A stretch of 64,000 bases of DNA from Methanothermococcus sp. Ax23 (GCF_049075655.1 NZ_CP157522.1:1248001-1312000), one strand, 5' to 3'. Positions 34,976-45,996 are shown, counted from the first letter of the stretch. Numbers and translations are program-made. Notes: generated by a model from the sequence alone, not told the origin.

Positions 34976-35296
34976 GATAAACCGCCGAGAAAGCCAACGA
35001 TTTTAATCGTTATACAAAACATAGTTTTGTAAAATCTCTTATGAGATTGGATGAGAGGCGGACATTATATCGGCTAGTAAGTAGTAAAATATAAATATGT
35101 GAAGATTAGTAGTAAGTAACGCTACCAGTCCAAGTTCTAATGGGTAGGGTTAGTGAAAACTCTACCGCTGGTAGTGGTTGAAAGTGCATAGCGTAGCCCT
35201 GAACCCATTAATGGGTAGGGGTAGTGGGTTTGGCCACCCATGTAGGGTTAAACCCTACTAATGAACCCCACGATTTTAATCGTGGGAGTAGGTCAG
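34976..35296 (+). mobile_element. non-autonomous derivative (321 bp) of the TTAC tnpB element retaining the omegaRNA end
   Basis: same left end as 30852/52979; 35190-35296 matches 32255-32360; no tnpB ORF. Confidence 0.88.
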
Positions 35297-36045
35297 AGAG
35301 ATTTAGCAATTTCTTCCACTTTCTTATATACTTCATTATTTTCATCTATATCAAACAGAGGTTTGCCTACTAAATCATATTTTGATATTTCTTCATTATA
35401 GGGCAATTTCCCTATTAAATTTAACCCCAATTCTTCGGCGTTTTTCTCAACTATATCTTTGGTTTCATCATTTACTTTATTTGCAACAACACATATATCT
35501 TTGAATTTTATTTCGAGGTCATTCGCTAGTTTTTTTATTCTTTTAGCAGTCCCTAACCCTCGCTTTGAAGCATCACTCACCACTATCATGGTATCTACAT
35601 TTTGAGTGGTTCTTCTACTCAAATGCTCCAAGCCTGCTTCCGTATCTATAACCACATAATCATAGGATTTTGCAAGATTATCTATAATCTGCCTTAACCA
35701 GTTATTCACACTACAATAACAACCACTTCCTTCGGGTCTCCCCATAACAAGCAAATCAAAGTTCTCTGTTTCAACCATAATTTCATATATTCTTCCCAGT
35801 AAATAATCCTGTTTTGATATGCCAGAAGGCAATTTATCATCAGCCACTAACTGTTTTAACTCTTCTCTTATATCCCCAATAGTCCGTTCTACTTCAACGC
35901 CAAGAGTTTCGGGGAGATTTGAATCGGGGTCAGCATCAACAACAAGCATATTGTGCGTCTTTTTTGATAATGCTTTTACAAGTAATGTGGAAAACATGGT
36001 TTTACCAGTTCCTCCTTTTCCGCTTATTGCTATTATTTTGGTCAA
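35293..36045 (-). CDS. cooC: CO dehydrogenase nickel-insertion ATPase CooC family
   Basis: GKGGTGKT, DADP, GSGCYC, DTEAGLEHLSR. Confidence 0.88.
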   Translation of the reverse strand: MTKIIAISGKGGTGKTMFSTLLVKALSKKTHNMLVVDADPDSNLPETLGVEVERTIGDIREELKQLVADDKLPSGISKQDYLLGRIYEIMVETENFDLLVMGRPEGSGCYCSVNNWLRQIIDNLAKSYDYVVIDTEAGLEHLSRRTTQNVDTMIVVSDASKRGLGTAKRIKKLANDLEIKFKDICVVANKVNDETKDIVEKNAEELGLNLIGKLPYNEEISKYDLVGKPLFDIDENNEVYKKVEEIAKSL

Positions 36046-36247
36046 ATTATCACCAATTACCTACATATATACATACAAAAAAAGTTTAAGACATATAACG
36101 AATATATTACATTGAACAATATCATCTAAATCAATATATATTATATATTTATTACATAAATATATTGGCAATGAATATATAGGACACACATAAGAATAAT
36201 ATATTTATTTAATAGTCGTTTTTTAAAAATGATATTGGGGGGCTCTT

Positions 36248-39200
36248 ATGTATGAGAGGATGTTGCAAGAAGAACTTTCAAAATTATTTAAAGAATATTG
36301 TGAATTGGATTGGAAAAAGAAATCTGAGGCAGCCCGAATATTAGGGTATATTAATGATGTTAATGAAATTAAGAAAATACAGGAACAAATTATAAAACTA
36401 GCTCAGGATAAAAACTTAGCTACAAGAGTAAATCTAATGAACTCTATAAAGAAGCTCGTTTTAGACCGCCACATTATCAATGAAGATATCTTTGTTTTAC
36501 TCTATTTTTGGGCCAATTCCTTCAACACCACAACATCAGAATTTGCCAAACAAATTATAAACTCCTTAAATGTGAATGTGATTGTCGACTACATCCTCTC
36601 ATTATCCATAAAACTTTATTCTTCCAATCCTTATGAAGTAGCATATGCCATGGCATCCTTGGGATTGATATCAACAGTTACCCCTGAACACTTAACAAAT
36701 ACCCTCCCTGAGATTGTATTAATATCTAACAGTTATAAATACAAGATACTTCAAGTGCTTGCTATTGAAATACTTGAAGAATTTAAAACATTGGATAAAG
36801 AATATCTAATAAGTTCATTTTTTTTAATTTATAATATATATAAAAATAATAAACAGATTGGCGACTTCAATATTGAATCTATGAATGGAAGCGAATTATT
36901 TGAATATATGTTATGTATATATTTTAAAAAAAATGCAAGTAACGAAAATATTTTAAATATAATAACAATGTTGGATTATGTTGATTTACTTACAAAATCC
37001 TTTGCACTGATCACATTATATACTCATGCCGATGTTTTGTATCGGATATTAAAGGAGGATAAGAAATTAAGCAATTACCTGATAGATGAAATAATAAGCT
37101 CTTTTAAAAATCCTGACCGGATGATTAGGCTTTCATCCATGTTTTTGTTTATAAAGTTGATATTCTTTGATAAAATATATATTAAAGATGAATACTTAGA
37201 TATGTTTTTTGACAAAATCCTTGAAAATTTCAATGATAAATATATTGTAAAAGGATTTTCTCTTGAAATATTATACTACCTATTAAAAAATACAGAATCG
37301 AAATATATTAAAAAGAAAGTATCTGAGGTTATTGATAAAATTGATTTAAAAAGTATAATGAATGAAGGACATTTATGCTATTATAATGGGTTATATTTGG
37401 CATATGAATTAAAAAAATATGAATGTTTCTCAGCAACATCTTCTCCTAATTTTAATATGGCTCTTGTGGGGGAATTTAACACATTGGAAACTGTTGAATA
37501 TTATGATTTAATTAAATCTATTAATATATCTGTGAAGCGAAAATACTGGCTTAGTGGATGGTTGGATAGATACTACGCTGGAAAATATTTAGGCAATGCA
37601 ATATATGCAAGACCCGGTTATGCATCCAATATGTTTGATACAATAGACACCCTATTAGGTGATAACAACTATATGGTAAGATGCATTGGAATTTGGATTT
37701 TAAGACTTACCACTGAGTTAGGTATTGAACCGCCAACTGATATTATCATTAAATCAATATCATTGCTTGATGACTGGTTCTATGAATGCAGAATTGAATA
37801 TATGTTATTTTACAACATATTATTAAAAAATTTTCCGCATATTTTGGAAGACAGCAGAATTAAACAAAAACTCATTTCTGCAATAGCCTCAAAACATCTA
37901 ACGGACAGCAATAAACTTGTAAGGAATGTTTGCACAATGATATTAAAAAATAAAGAATTATTATATAGGAATTCAGAAATTGAATTTTTTAAAAATTACT
38001 ATGACTTGTCAGTTCCTGAAAGAATTGAATTACTTGAAAAATATTGGGAAATCCCAGAGCTGAGAAAAGCTGTAATTATGCTCGTTAAAGTAAGATTAAA
38101 ATATTATATTAAAAAAGGAGATTATACTACCATTGAAATGGCTTTAAAAAAAATATTTGATGGGAAACTCCATAAAGAAATAGGTCATATACTGTATGAA
38201 ATTGTACGATTGAAAGAAAAATCTGAAATGGCTAAAAAGATATTAAATGCATTTAAAAACAAATATCCAAAACTTCCAAAAGATTTAGAGAAAACATTAT
38301 TCCATAATATCAATGAACCAATAATTACCATTAGAACCCATAAACTTAAAGAACTATTGTTATTTGTCAAAGAGGGAGTTACAATAAGCTATGAGTTATT
38401 AAATAAGGTTAAAGAGATAGCAATATACGAATGTGTTAGTGAGCGAAACCTAAATCTTGCATTATCTATACTTGGAGAAATAAATGAACTTGAAAGTATG
38501 GCCATAATTAAGGAAAAAAGGGAATTAATAGAATATCTGGAAAATAATCCATTAAATCTTGACAAAATAAAAAGAAAAGATTTGAAAAGATTGGATTGGA
38601 AGGATTATTGTATTAAAATAGCATACATTCCCACGGAAGGAATAATGGATATATTTGCAGAGGATAATGTAAATGAGGTTGTAGAAACAGTTGTATCTCT
38701 ATTGCACTTTGAAGATGTTGTAATTTTAAAGGTAAGAATTATAGATTTATTAATTGAAGAAATTTCCAAAAATGAAGAATTATTAAATATATTGTTGGAT
38801 AATAAAGAAATATTTGCTATATTGTTAAAACTATATTTATCTAAAGGATATAGTTTTTTATCAAAAAAAGCACTAACCTTACTAGAAAAATTATCGCTAA
38901 AAAGAGATAACTGGTTAAGAAGTAATTTAATACATTATTTTAAAAGTAATGATTTTAATTCTCAAAAATCGTTAAATAATATATTATACCTCCTAACTGA
39001 AAATATCTCCACATATGTTAAAATAGAAATTTTGAATTCTATAAAATATGCATTAGAAAATAAATTAATTGAATGTAATAAAGATGCTGCATATACTTTC
39101 GTAGACATTATGATGAATACCGACAGTAATCAGCCATGGACAATATTTAAAAACGCAGTTGATATTATTTTTTCATGTCCGTATATAAAAACTGATGAAA

Positions 39201-39379
39201 AACTTCTAAGTAGCATTGTCGAGAAATTTATAGGTCTTGCGGACATTGTAGAAGAAGGAAAGAAAGACTATATACTCATTTACCTAAAAAAACTATTAGA
39301 AATGAGTGGAGTTAACATTATAGAACTTGATGAGGAGGTTATTGAAAAACTTCTTGAATTTGAAAATAGGAATTTATAA
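36248..39379 (+). CDS. large hypothetical protein, probable HEAT/ARM alpha-solenoid
   Basis: 1043 aa, amphipathic helices, HEAT-like DxxxxVR motifs (LGDNNYMVR, TDSNKLVR). Confidence 0.6.
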   Translation: MYERMLQEELSKLFKEYCELDWKKKSEAARILGYINDVNEIKKIQEQIIKLAQDKNLATRVNLMNSIKKLVLDRHIINEDIFVLLYFWANSFNTTTSEFAKQIINSLNVNVIVDYILSLSIKLYSSNPYEVAYAMASLGLISTVTPEHLTNTLPEIVLISNSYKYKILQVLAIEILEEFKTLDKEYLISSFFLIYNIYKNNKQIGDFNIESMNGSELFEYMLCIYFKKNASNENILNIITMLDYVDLLTKSFALITLYTHADVLYRILKEDKKLSNYLIDEIISSFKNPDRMIRLSSMFLFIKLIFFDKIYIKDEYLDMFFDKILENFNDKYIVKGFSLEILYYLLKNTESKYIKKKVSEVIDKIDLKSIMNEGHLCYYNGLYLAYELKKYECFSATSSPNFNMALVGEFNTLETVEYYDLIKSINISVKRKYWLSGWLDRYYAGKYLGNAIYARPGYASNMFDTIDTLLGDNNYMVRCIGIWILRLTTELGIEPPTDIIIKSISLLDDWFYECRIEYMLFYNILLKNFPHILEDSRIKQKLISAIASKHLTDSNKLVRNVCTMILKNKELLYRNSEIEFFKNYYDLSVPERIELLEKYWEIPELRKAVIMLVKVRLKYYIKKGDYTTIEMALKKIFDGKLHKEIGHILYEIVRLKEKSEMAKKILNAFKNKYPKLPKDLEKTLFHNINEPIITIRTHKLKELLLFVKEGVTISYELLNKVKEIAIYECVSERNLNLALSILGEINELESMAIIKEKRELIEYLENNPLNLDKIKRKDLKRLDWKDYCIKIAYIPTEGIMDIFAEDNVNEVVETVVSLLHFEDVVILKVRIIDLLIEEISKNEELLNILLDNKEIFAILLKLYLSKGYSFLSKKALTLLEKLSLKRDNWLRSNLIHYFKSNDFNSQKSLNNILYLLTENISTYVKIEILNSIKYALENKLIECNKDAAYTFVDIMMNTDSNQPWTIFKNAVDIIFSCPYIKTDEKLLSSIVEKFIGLADIVEEGKKDYILIYLKKLLEMSGVNIIELDEEVIEKLLEFENRNL

Positions 39380-39415
39380 TTTTTAATATTATGTTATAAT
39401 TTAATATTATTTTAG

Positions 39416-40037
39416 AGAGTGTGTCTAAAATCGAATGATAAATATATACTAATAAAAAAATATGGTGGCAAAAAGTGGATTCTAGAAAATTCTTAAAAAA
39501 CTTTGGAGTTTTGATTACGAAAGGACGTTTATTAATTCAACAAAGTTTCCAAATAATGTAGGTGAATTGGAGTGAGCAAAGCGAACGGAGGGCTATAAAA
39601 ATCCCTTTGGGATTTTCATTCAATCGGTAAGATACATGCTATAACTCGCTACGATTTAGAAAATAAAACATTATATCTCACATCCATGATTAAAAATCAG
39701 ACTTGGAATTTGCTGATGGGAAAGGATATTTTTTGGTGATGGAGAATAGGGAAATAAAAAGACATTGAATAAAATCTTATCGGATTTTATAACCCGCTCT
39801 CTTTGCTCGTGGTTGAACAATATCGTTAAATCCATCTAAACAATAATAAAGAAAACGTAAAGATAGGTAGACATGTAAAGGATTCTTCAGAGCTTTAACC
39901 AATAGATTCAGAGATAAATTAAATACTTCCTTAGTATTAACTACCATCACTCTTATCGCTATAAGAGTTTATATGTACTCGTTAATCATGTTGCTAAGAT
40001 ATACTATATAATACCTGAGCTATCTTAGACACACCCT
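39416..40037 (+). mobile_element. degenerate IS remnant with internal hairpin inserts
   Basis: TIRs AGAGTGTGTCTAAAAT / AGGGTGTGTCTAAGAT (14/16); broken transposase-like fragments (ADGKGY, FFRALTNRFR); hairpins at ~39569-39617 and ~39771-39815. Confidence 0.6.
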
Positions 40038-40080
40038 GCCTAATCCATAATGAAAATAAATAAAAAAATGAGATGAAAAC

Positions 40081-40962
40081 ATGGAATGTATAGAATATGA
40101 AATAAAACATGCGATAGAACATATGATGGAAACTAATTATCCGAGAAAAAAATTATGGGATATGGATTCAAAAGTTCCGGAGTTAATAAGAGGAATTAGG
40201 GCAGGAGATGATGCAGTAGTGATAGGAAAAAAGGTTATAAACATGGAAGGTCCCTATCCTTTAAAATTGGGTTCAAAAACTGCCTTAATTCATACATCAT
40301 GCGATGTTGTGGCAATGGGTGCAAAACCATTATATGCCATGGATGCAATTCAGGCGCAGAATGAAGAAGAAATAAAAATGGCAGTAGATGGACTAAAAAA
40401 GCAATCCATAGGTCTAAATATACCTATTGTTGGTGGAAATACACAAACAGAAAAGGAATTAAAATCCTGTGTGAGTGTAGTGGTATTTGGAGAGCTCATA
40501 TGTGATAAGGTAATTACTGATGGCGGAGCTCAGGCTGGAGATACAATAATTATGCTCGGTCATCCTGTGGAAGGAGATATTGGAGGTAGAGTCCAGAAGG
40601 CAAAAAATAAATTTGACACATTTCTGAAAATTTTAGAAAATGATGTGGAAGTCCATGCCTGCAAAGACGCTTCAAGGGGTGGATGGCTTTGTAACATACT
40701 TGAAATGCTTGCAAAGGCAAAAAAAGGTATTAGGATAAATGCAATCCCTTATCCAAGAGCTACAAGATATTTGGGAACTTATCTTGTGTGTATGGATGAG
40801 GATAATTTAAATGACGCCATAAATATAGCAATCGACAACAGATGTCCTATTATTCCATTTGGAAAAATAACAGAGGAAAGAACCTTTAAAATAGGGAATA
40901 AAGAATACATCAGTGAAGAAAAAATGAACAATATTATAAAAGAATTTCCCTATAAATACTAA
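40081..40962 (+). CDS. AIR synthase (PurM-like) superfamily protein
   Basis: AGDDAVV, DVVAMGAKP, VGGNT, KDASRGG. Confidence 0.8.
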   Translation: MECIEYEIKHAIEHMMETNYPRKKLWDMDSKVPELIRGIRAGDDAVVIGKKVINMEGPYPLKLGSKTALIHTSCDVVAMGAKPLYAMDAIQAQNEEEIKMAVDGLKKQSIGLNIPIVGGNTQTEKELKSCVSVVVFGELICDKVITDGGAQAGDTIIMLGHPVEGDIGGRVQKAKNKFDTFLKILENDVEVHACKDASRGGWLCNILEMLAKAKKGIRINAIPYPRATRYLGTYLVCMDEDNLNDAINIAIDNRCPIIPFGKITEERTFKIGNKEYISEEKMNNIIKEFPYKY

Positions 40963-40970
40963 TTTAATAT

Positions 40971-41906
40971 TTAATATATTTCCTCTAAATCATATTTTTT
41001 TGAAATTTCTTTTAGTATTAAATCAACTATTGTGGATTTACCATATATTTTACAGTATTTTTTTAATGCATCTATATTTTTATAAATTACATCGGGGTGA
41101 TATTTAGAGATTTCATAGATAGTATTTAGCGTCGTATATCTAATAACATCATTTTCATTGAATAATAGTTTTAACACATTTTCGATAATCTCTTCCAATT
41201 CCTCTTCATTTAAGGTCGATATTGTGGAAAGGCAATACGCAATATTTAATGGACTTAATTTATCAATATCTCCGCTTTTTATAACTTTTAAAGTCCCTTT
41301 TAGGTCATCTTTGCGTATTGATGAGTTAATTTTTTCTTCTGTTATGTCTATCTTATCTACTTTATCGAAATTAATTAAAGATAAGCCCGTATTAAGCAAT
41401 TTTTTAATTAACGCATTTTGTTTAAGGGAGTCTTTCAATAGCCTAATACGTTCATATGATTTTGGACGTGATTCACTTTCTGATTTTGGAATTTCACCAT
41501 ATTTCCTTATTAATTCCCAGGCATATTCTCTTATTTGAAGATTCACAAATTTTTCATTTATATTCCATAGTTCCTTCTCCACCACGTTAAAATATTCTGG
41601 ATTGTTGAGCAATATAATCTTTAAAGAAATTAGTGTATTTAATACAAGATTTTCGTTATTACTTCTTAGACATTTTTTAATATATGGCATGAGATTTTTA
41701 ACATTCTTCCCATGCTTTAAAAATATTTTTGTTGTAAGATAGACAGAGTTTGACACTATCTTGGGATTATTTGAATCGATAAGCCCCATAAGAGAATCCA
41801 TAAGTGAAGTATTATTTTCCACAAGTTTCTGAGCTTCTAAAAGTCGCCCCTCCTCTAAGAGTTTTTTTAGCTTACTAGATTTTGAGCGAAAAAAAGGGAT
41901 AGCCAT
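40971..41906 (-). CDS. hypothetical protein, HEAT-repeat-like
   Basis: helical repeats (LIDSNNPKIV, LRSNNENLV, LFNENDVIR). Confidence 0.55.
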   Translation of the reverse strand: MAIPFFRSKSSKLKKLLEEGRLLEAQKLVENNTSLMDSLMGLIDSNNPKIVSNSVYLTTKIFLKHGKNVKNLMPYIKKCLRSNNENLVLNTLISLKIILLNNPEYFNVVEKELWNINEKFVNLQIREYAWELIRKYGEIPKSESESRPKSYERIRLLKDSLKQNALIKKLLNTGLSLINFDKVDKIDITEEKINSSIRKDDLKGTLKVIKSGDIDKLSPLNIAYCLSTISTLNEEELEEIIENVLKLLFNENDVIRYTTLNTIYEISKYHPDVIYKNIDALKKYCKIYGKSTIVDLILKEISKKYDLEEIY

Positions 41907-41972
41907 TATTGAATCACCCAACGCTATTAAATAAATTATTACTAATTTACCACCTGCAATCTTGGACTTAAT

Positions 41973-42470
41973 TTAACATTCGTAGGATTCTATGGGGGTT
42001 ATGGTATAGGATAGGTCTTTGTTTTTTCTGAGAATCTCTAAAAATTTCACACATTTTGATGGGTCCTTGTTTGTCACAATAATATCACATATGGCTGTTA
42101 TGAAATCATCTGATGTAATTTCGGTTTTAAGTGGAACTGCACCGCAACATATAAAAGAATTTAATAGTTCCTTCTGAATAGTAAGACATTTTTCTGCGTC
42201 TCCTTTTATTCTAACTCGATAAGATGGGAAAACCAATTCATAACAATTTGTAATTATAACATTATACCCTTGCAAAATTTCACAGAGTTTTGTGCAATTT
42301 TCACTAGTTGTCTTTATTATAAATTTTAAAAAATAATGATTATGGTTTAACGTATTTGTAACCTTTATATCATAAACTCTTGAAACATTTTCTGCAACTA
42401 AAATTCTTAACTTATCAAATATTTCTGATTCACATAATGAGTGAATAACATACAATTTTTCCATACTCAT
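41973..42470 (-). CDS. hypothetical protein
   Basis: 165-aa ORF with GGTGA RBS. Confidence 0.55.
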   Translation of the reverse strand: MSMEKLYVIHSLCESEIFDKLRILVAENVSRVYDIKVTNTLNHNHYFLKFIIKTTSENCTKLCEILQGYNVIITNCYELVFPSYRVRIKGDAEKCLTIQKELLNSFICCGAVPLKTEITSDDFITAICDIIVTNKDPSKCVKFLEILRKNKDLSYTITPIESYEC

Positions 42471-42631
42471 CTTTTCACCCTCTTAATTACATACGCCCAT
42501 ATATATTTTCATTTAAATATATATGTTTTAATATAAAAATATATATCATAAAACTGTGTAATTAAAAAATATTTTAAAATACATACATATAAATATATGC
42601 CATATTTAGAAATAGATATAAAATAGTGATT

Positions 42632-43027
42632 TTATAAGGGATTATACTGCAAAACCAGTAGAGTTATTGATATAATAATGGTAAATATTAAAAATACCAC
42701 TTCACTGAGACCTATGGTTCCATCATGTAGTTGTATTTTCGAATTTTCAGAATATCCTCTTGAAACCATTGCTAAATATGTTCGTTCCCCCTGCTCATAT
42801 GCTCTTATAAAGAGAGCTCCTACACTGTAACCAAATATATTCAGTATTTGTTTGTAACCAAATATATTCAGTATTTGTTTATATGTTAAATTTTTCCCAT
42901 TAAAACATCTTGACTGTTGAGCTCTCAATGTAGATTCTAAAACGTCATACATGATAAATATATATCTTATCATCAATCCCAAAAGTGTTGAAAAAATATT
43001 TGGAAGCCCCAACTTCCTTCTGCACAT
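42632..43027 (-). pseudogene. C-terminal fragment of a second ECF T-component (CbiQ/NikQ)
   Basis: RYIF...AQQSR...AMVSRGY but no N-terminal TM half; 27-bp tandem duplication at 42827-42880. Confidence 0.7.
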
Positions 43028-43069
43028 ATTACTTCATGCATCAGCAGGTACTTCACGTATATTCTATGA

Positions 43070-43960
43070 TTAATATTGTTTTAAAATAGATTTTAATAAA
43101 TCATATGCCTCATCTACGGTATTTGGTATTTCATCAATGTTTAATTTATCATTGAATTCATCTTTTATCTTTTTGAAAAGTTTTGCTATCTCTGGGACAT
43201 CCAAGTTTTCTTTTTCAAGTAATTCAATGTTGGAAAAAACATCCTTTGGACTTCCTTCAAATATTATTGTTTTGTTTAAAACATAACACCTATCTGCAAT
43301 TGAAACCAAATTTGGGTCGTGGCTAACAAAAATTATTGTTTTTCCTTCATTATTTAATTTCTTTATTAGATTGATAATATATCTTTTGCTTTTTGGGTCT
43401 AAATATGATGTTGGTTCATCCATTAAAATAATTTCTGGTTCAATTGAGATAACGGAGGCTATTGATGCTTTTTTCTTTTCACCCCCGCTTATATTGTAAG
43501 GATGTTTGTCTCTTAATCCATATATGTTCATATCTCTAAGAGTTTTATCTGTGATTTTCACTGCTTTTTCTTTTGAATATAGGTGCAAAGGTCCAAAAGC
43601 TACATCATCCCAAACAGTTGGACTAAACAGCATGATATCGGGGTCTTGAAACACAAAACCTACTTTGCTTCTGAAGTATTTCATAGAACTCTTTTTCATA
43701 AGAACTTTTTCAGTTAATTTTTTTCCTTCAAAATAAATTTCCCCACTGCTTGGAAATTCCAATCCATTTAGAATTTTTAATAATGTGGTTTTTCCAGCAC
43801 CATTTGAACCAATTATTGCGAGTATTTCACCACCATATATGTTCATATTAATATTACTTAATGCTAATGTGCCGTCTGGGTATTTATAGGACAAATTTTT
43901 TAATTCAAAAATCTTTTTATTTTTTTTATTTTTTTTCATATCAATATTATTTTTATTCAT
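43070..43960 (-). CDS. nikO: ECF nickel/cobalt transporter ATPase
   Basis: GSNGAGKT, FQDPD, SGGEKKK, DEPT. Confidence 0.8.
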   Translation of the reverse strand: MNKNNIDMKKNKKNKKIFELKNLSYKYPDGTLALSNINMNIYGGEILAIIGSNGAGKTTLLKILNGLEFPSSGEIYFEGKKLTEKVLMKKSSMKYFRSKVGFVFQDPDIMLFSPTVWDDVAFGPLHLYSKEKAVKITDKTLRDMNIYGLRDKHPYNISGGEKKKASIASVISIEPEIILMDEPTSYLDPKSKRYIINLIKKLNNEGKTIIFVSHDPNLVSIADRCYVLNKTIIFEGSPKDVFSNIELLEKENLDVPEIAKLFKKIKDEFNDKLNIDEIPNTVDEAYDLLKSILKQY

Positions 43961-44778
43961 AATATACACCTGTCAATAATCATTGCAATCGCCATTATTA
44001 GCATTGAAACTATTAAAAATACATAATCTTTTGTTTTAATATAAAAATTAGAATATGTTTTTGGTTCATTTAAATAACCTCTCGAAAGCATTGCATAGTA
44101 TAAATCTTCCCCCATTTGATGTGTTTTTATAAATAAAGCCCCCATATTCTTCCCAGCTTCAATCCAGCTTTCTTTTAATCCTATATTTTTACATAACCTC
44201 GATTTTCTTGAATACATTGAATCTAAAAGTGTGTTCATAAGAAGAAAAATATATCGATAGGCAATTGTCATTATGGTAATTATTATGTCTGGAACCCCAA
44301 GGTTATTTAATGCCTTTGTTATATCATTCCATGTTGTTGTAATTGTAAGTAAAACTGCATAGGAAACAGCTGTTGCAACTCTTAATGTAAACATTATAGC
44401 ATAATACAATCCATTATCGCTAATGGCAATATATGGGTTATTTAATAGAACATAAATTGGTTTTCCGGGGGTTATAAATATAATTGGAACTGCAATAATA
44501 CCCGTGAAAATTGGAATAAATAACCATACTCTTTTTAAGTAGTGTTTTAATGGAATTTTTGAGATATAACAAAAAATTATAGATAATATATACAATCCAA
44601 AAATAACCTCTAAATGTTTTGTAAGAACAGTAATAACGATAAATGAAATAATAACTATTAGTTTTATCCTGGGTTCCATGGATTGTAATACCCCATTGTT
44701 TTTTGCATATTTTTCTGCAAAAACTGCCTCATTTATATATTTAATAACTCCCTCAATGGTTTTATTAAATAATTTCAT
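43957..44778 (-). CDS. nikQ: ECF nickel/cobalt transporter T component
   Basis: EPRIK, YRYIF, RKSR, AMLSRGY. Confidence 0.8.
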   Translation of the reverse strand: MKLFNKTIEGVIKYINEAVFAEKYAKNNGVLQSMEPRIKLIVIISFIVITVLTKHLEVIFGLYILSIIFCYISKIPLKHYLKRVWLFIPIFTGIIAVPIIFITPGKPIYVLLNNPYIAISDNGLYYAIMFTLRVATAVSYAVLLTITTTWNDITKALNNLGVPDIIITIMTIAYRYIFLLMNTLLDSMYSRKSRLCKNIGLKESWIEAGKNMGALFIKTHQMGEDLYYAMLSRGYLNEPKTYSNFYIKTKDYVFLIVSMLIMAIAMIIDRCIL

Positions 44779-44996
44779 TGAATCACCAACAAAAATATGA
44801 GATGTAAATTTCATAAAATATTAAATTAATTATTAATTAGTGACATTTATTATTTAAATAATATTTAAAATTTTATAGAAGATTAAAAATTTTAATTATC
44901 TAATATATATTTCAAAAATTATCTGTATAGGTTTACAGAAGACTTAAACCATTATTTAAAATATTCAAAATTATGAAAAAAAATTAAAAATGGAAA

Positions 44997-45335
44997 TTAT
45001 TGGGATGAAGGATTTATTGTTTTTACAAGGCCATAATATAAACCCATGCAGAGAACAACTCCAACTATTGCAGATAATATATAACCTATTGAAGCATGTG
45101 TAGGGTCATCCCATCCTGGAACATCATAATCTGGAAGTGGAGCGTAAGCCCAAACATCTGAAAGAGATTCAAGCCCTGAAATATCACCATGCACATTATC
45201 AGCTAAATCTTCTACACCCCATTCTCCCCAAGCGTCGCCATAATCCCATGTTATCAATATACCAAGGGGGGATAATATAATCAACACTCCAATTACTATA
45301 AAAAACTTTTTAATTAATGGATCATTAAAGTTCAT
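44997..45335 (-). CDS. nikN: ECF nickel transporter accessory subunit (NikN/PDGLE-like)
   Basis: AWGEW, APLPDY, GYILSAIVG. Confidence 0.7.
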   Translation of the reverse strand: MNFNDPLIKKFFIVIGVLIILSPLGILITWDYGDAWGEWGVEDLADNVHGDISGLESLSDVWAYAPLPDYDVPGWDDPTHASIGYILSAIVGVVLCMGLYYGLVKTINPSSQ

Positions 45336-45996
45336 CTTTTTCACCACCTGCAAGTTTTGAGAGATTAAATAAATCTGGCCTTGATTTTTTGACATACCAA
45401 ACCACTATTGCAGTTACTATGGCTGCGGCTGGTCCAGCAGTTATTAAATGAGCCAAAGCCATTGCTGGAACAGATACTGTAAAAGGGTATGGACAGTATC
45501 CAGGCTGTATATATGGTTGAAGTCCAAACTCAAATCCTGCTACAATTGCAGCTGCAACAATACCAATATATGCACCAATACCACTGGCAGCAACATCCCC
45601 AATTTTATTTTTTAATATTTTATAGCAATAATAACCAATGAAGGGTAAAACTACACCCATATTAAAACAGTTTGCTCCAAGTGCTGTTATTCCACCATCA
45701 CCAAAGAATAATGCCTGTATTAGTAATACTATTGAAATAGCAACTGTTGCGGTCCATGGGTTCCCCATTAATATTGCTATCAATGTTCCACCTACCATGT
45801 GTGCGGTGGTTCCATCAGGCACAGGTAGGTTATACATCATTACTAAGAAAGAAAATGCCGTCAAAACTCCAAGAAGTGGTATTTGTTTGGGATGCAGGGT
45901 TTTTAACTTTTTAATTGCAATAGCCCAAAAGAACAACATTATAATATAAAATATTGCACATGTTATTGGGCCTAAATACCCATCTGGTATATGCAT
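45325..45996 (-). CDS. nikM: ECF nickel transporter substrate component
   Basis: N-terminal MHIPDGYL (NikM-type, not CbiM MHIMEG); GDGGITALG. Confidence 0.82.
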   Translation of the reverse strand: MHIPDGYLGPITCAIFYIIMLFFWAIAIKKLKTLHPKQIPLLGVLTAFSFLVMMYNLPVPDGTTAHMVGGTLIAILMGNPWTATVAISIVLLIQALFFGDGGITALGANCFNMGVVLPFIGYYCYKILKNKIGDVAASGIGAYIGIVAAAIVAGFEFGLQPYIQPGYCPYPFTVSVPAMALAHLITAGPAAAIVTAIVVWYVKKSRPDLFNLSKLAGGEKDEL

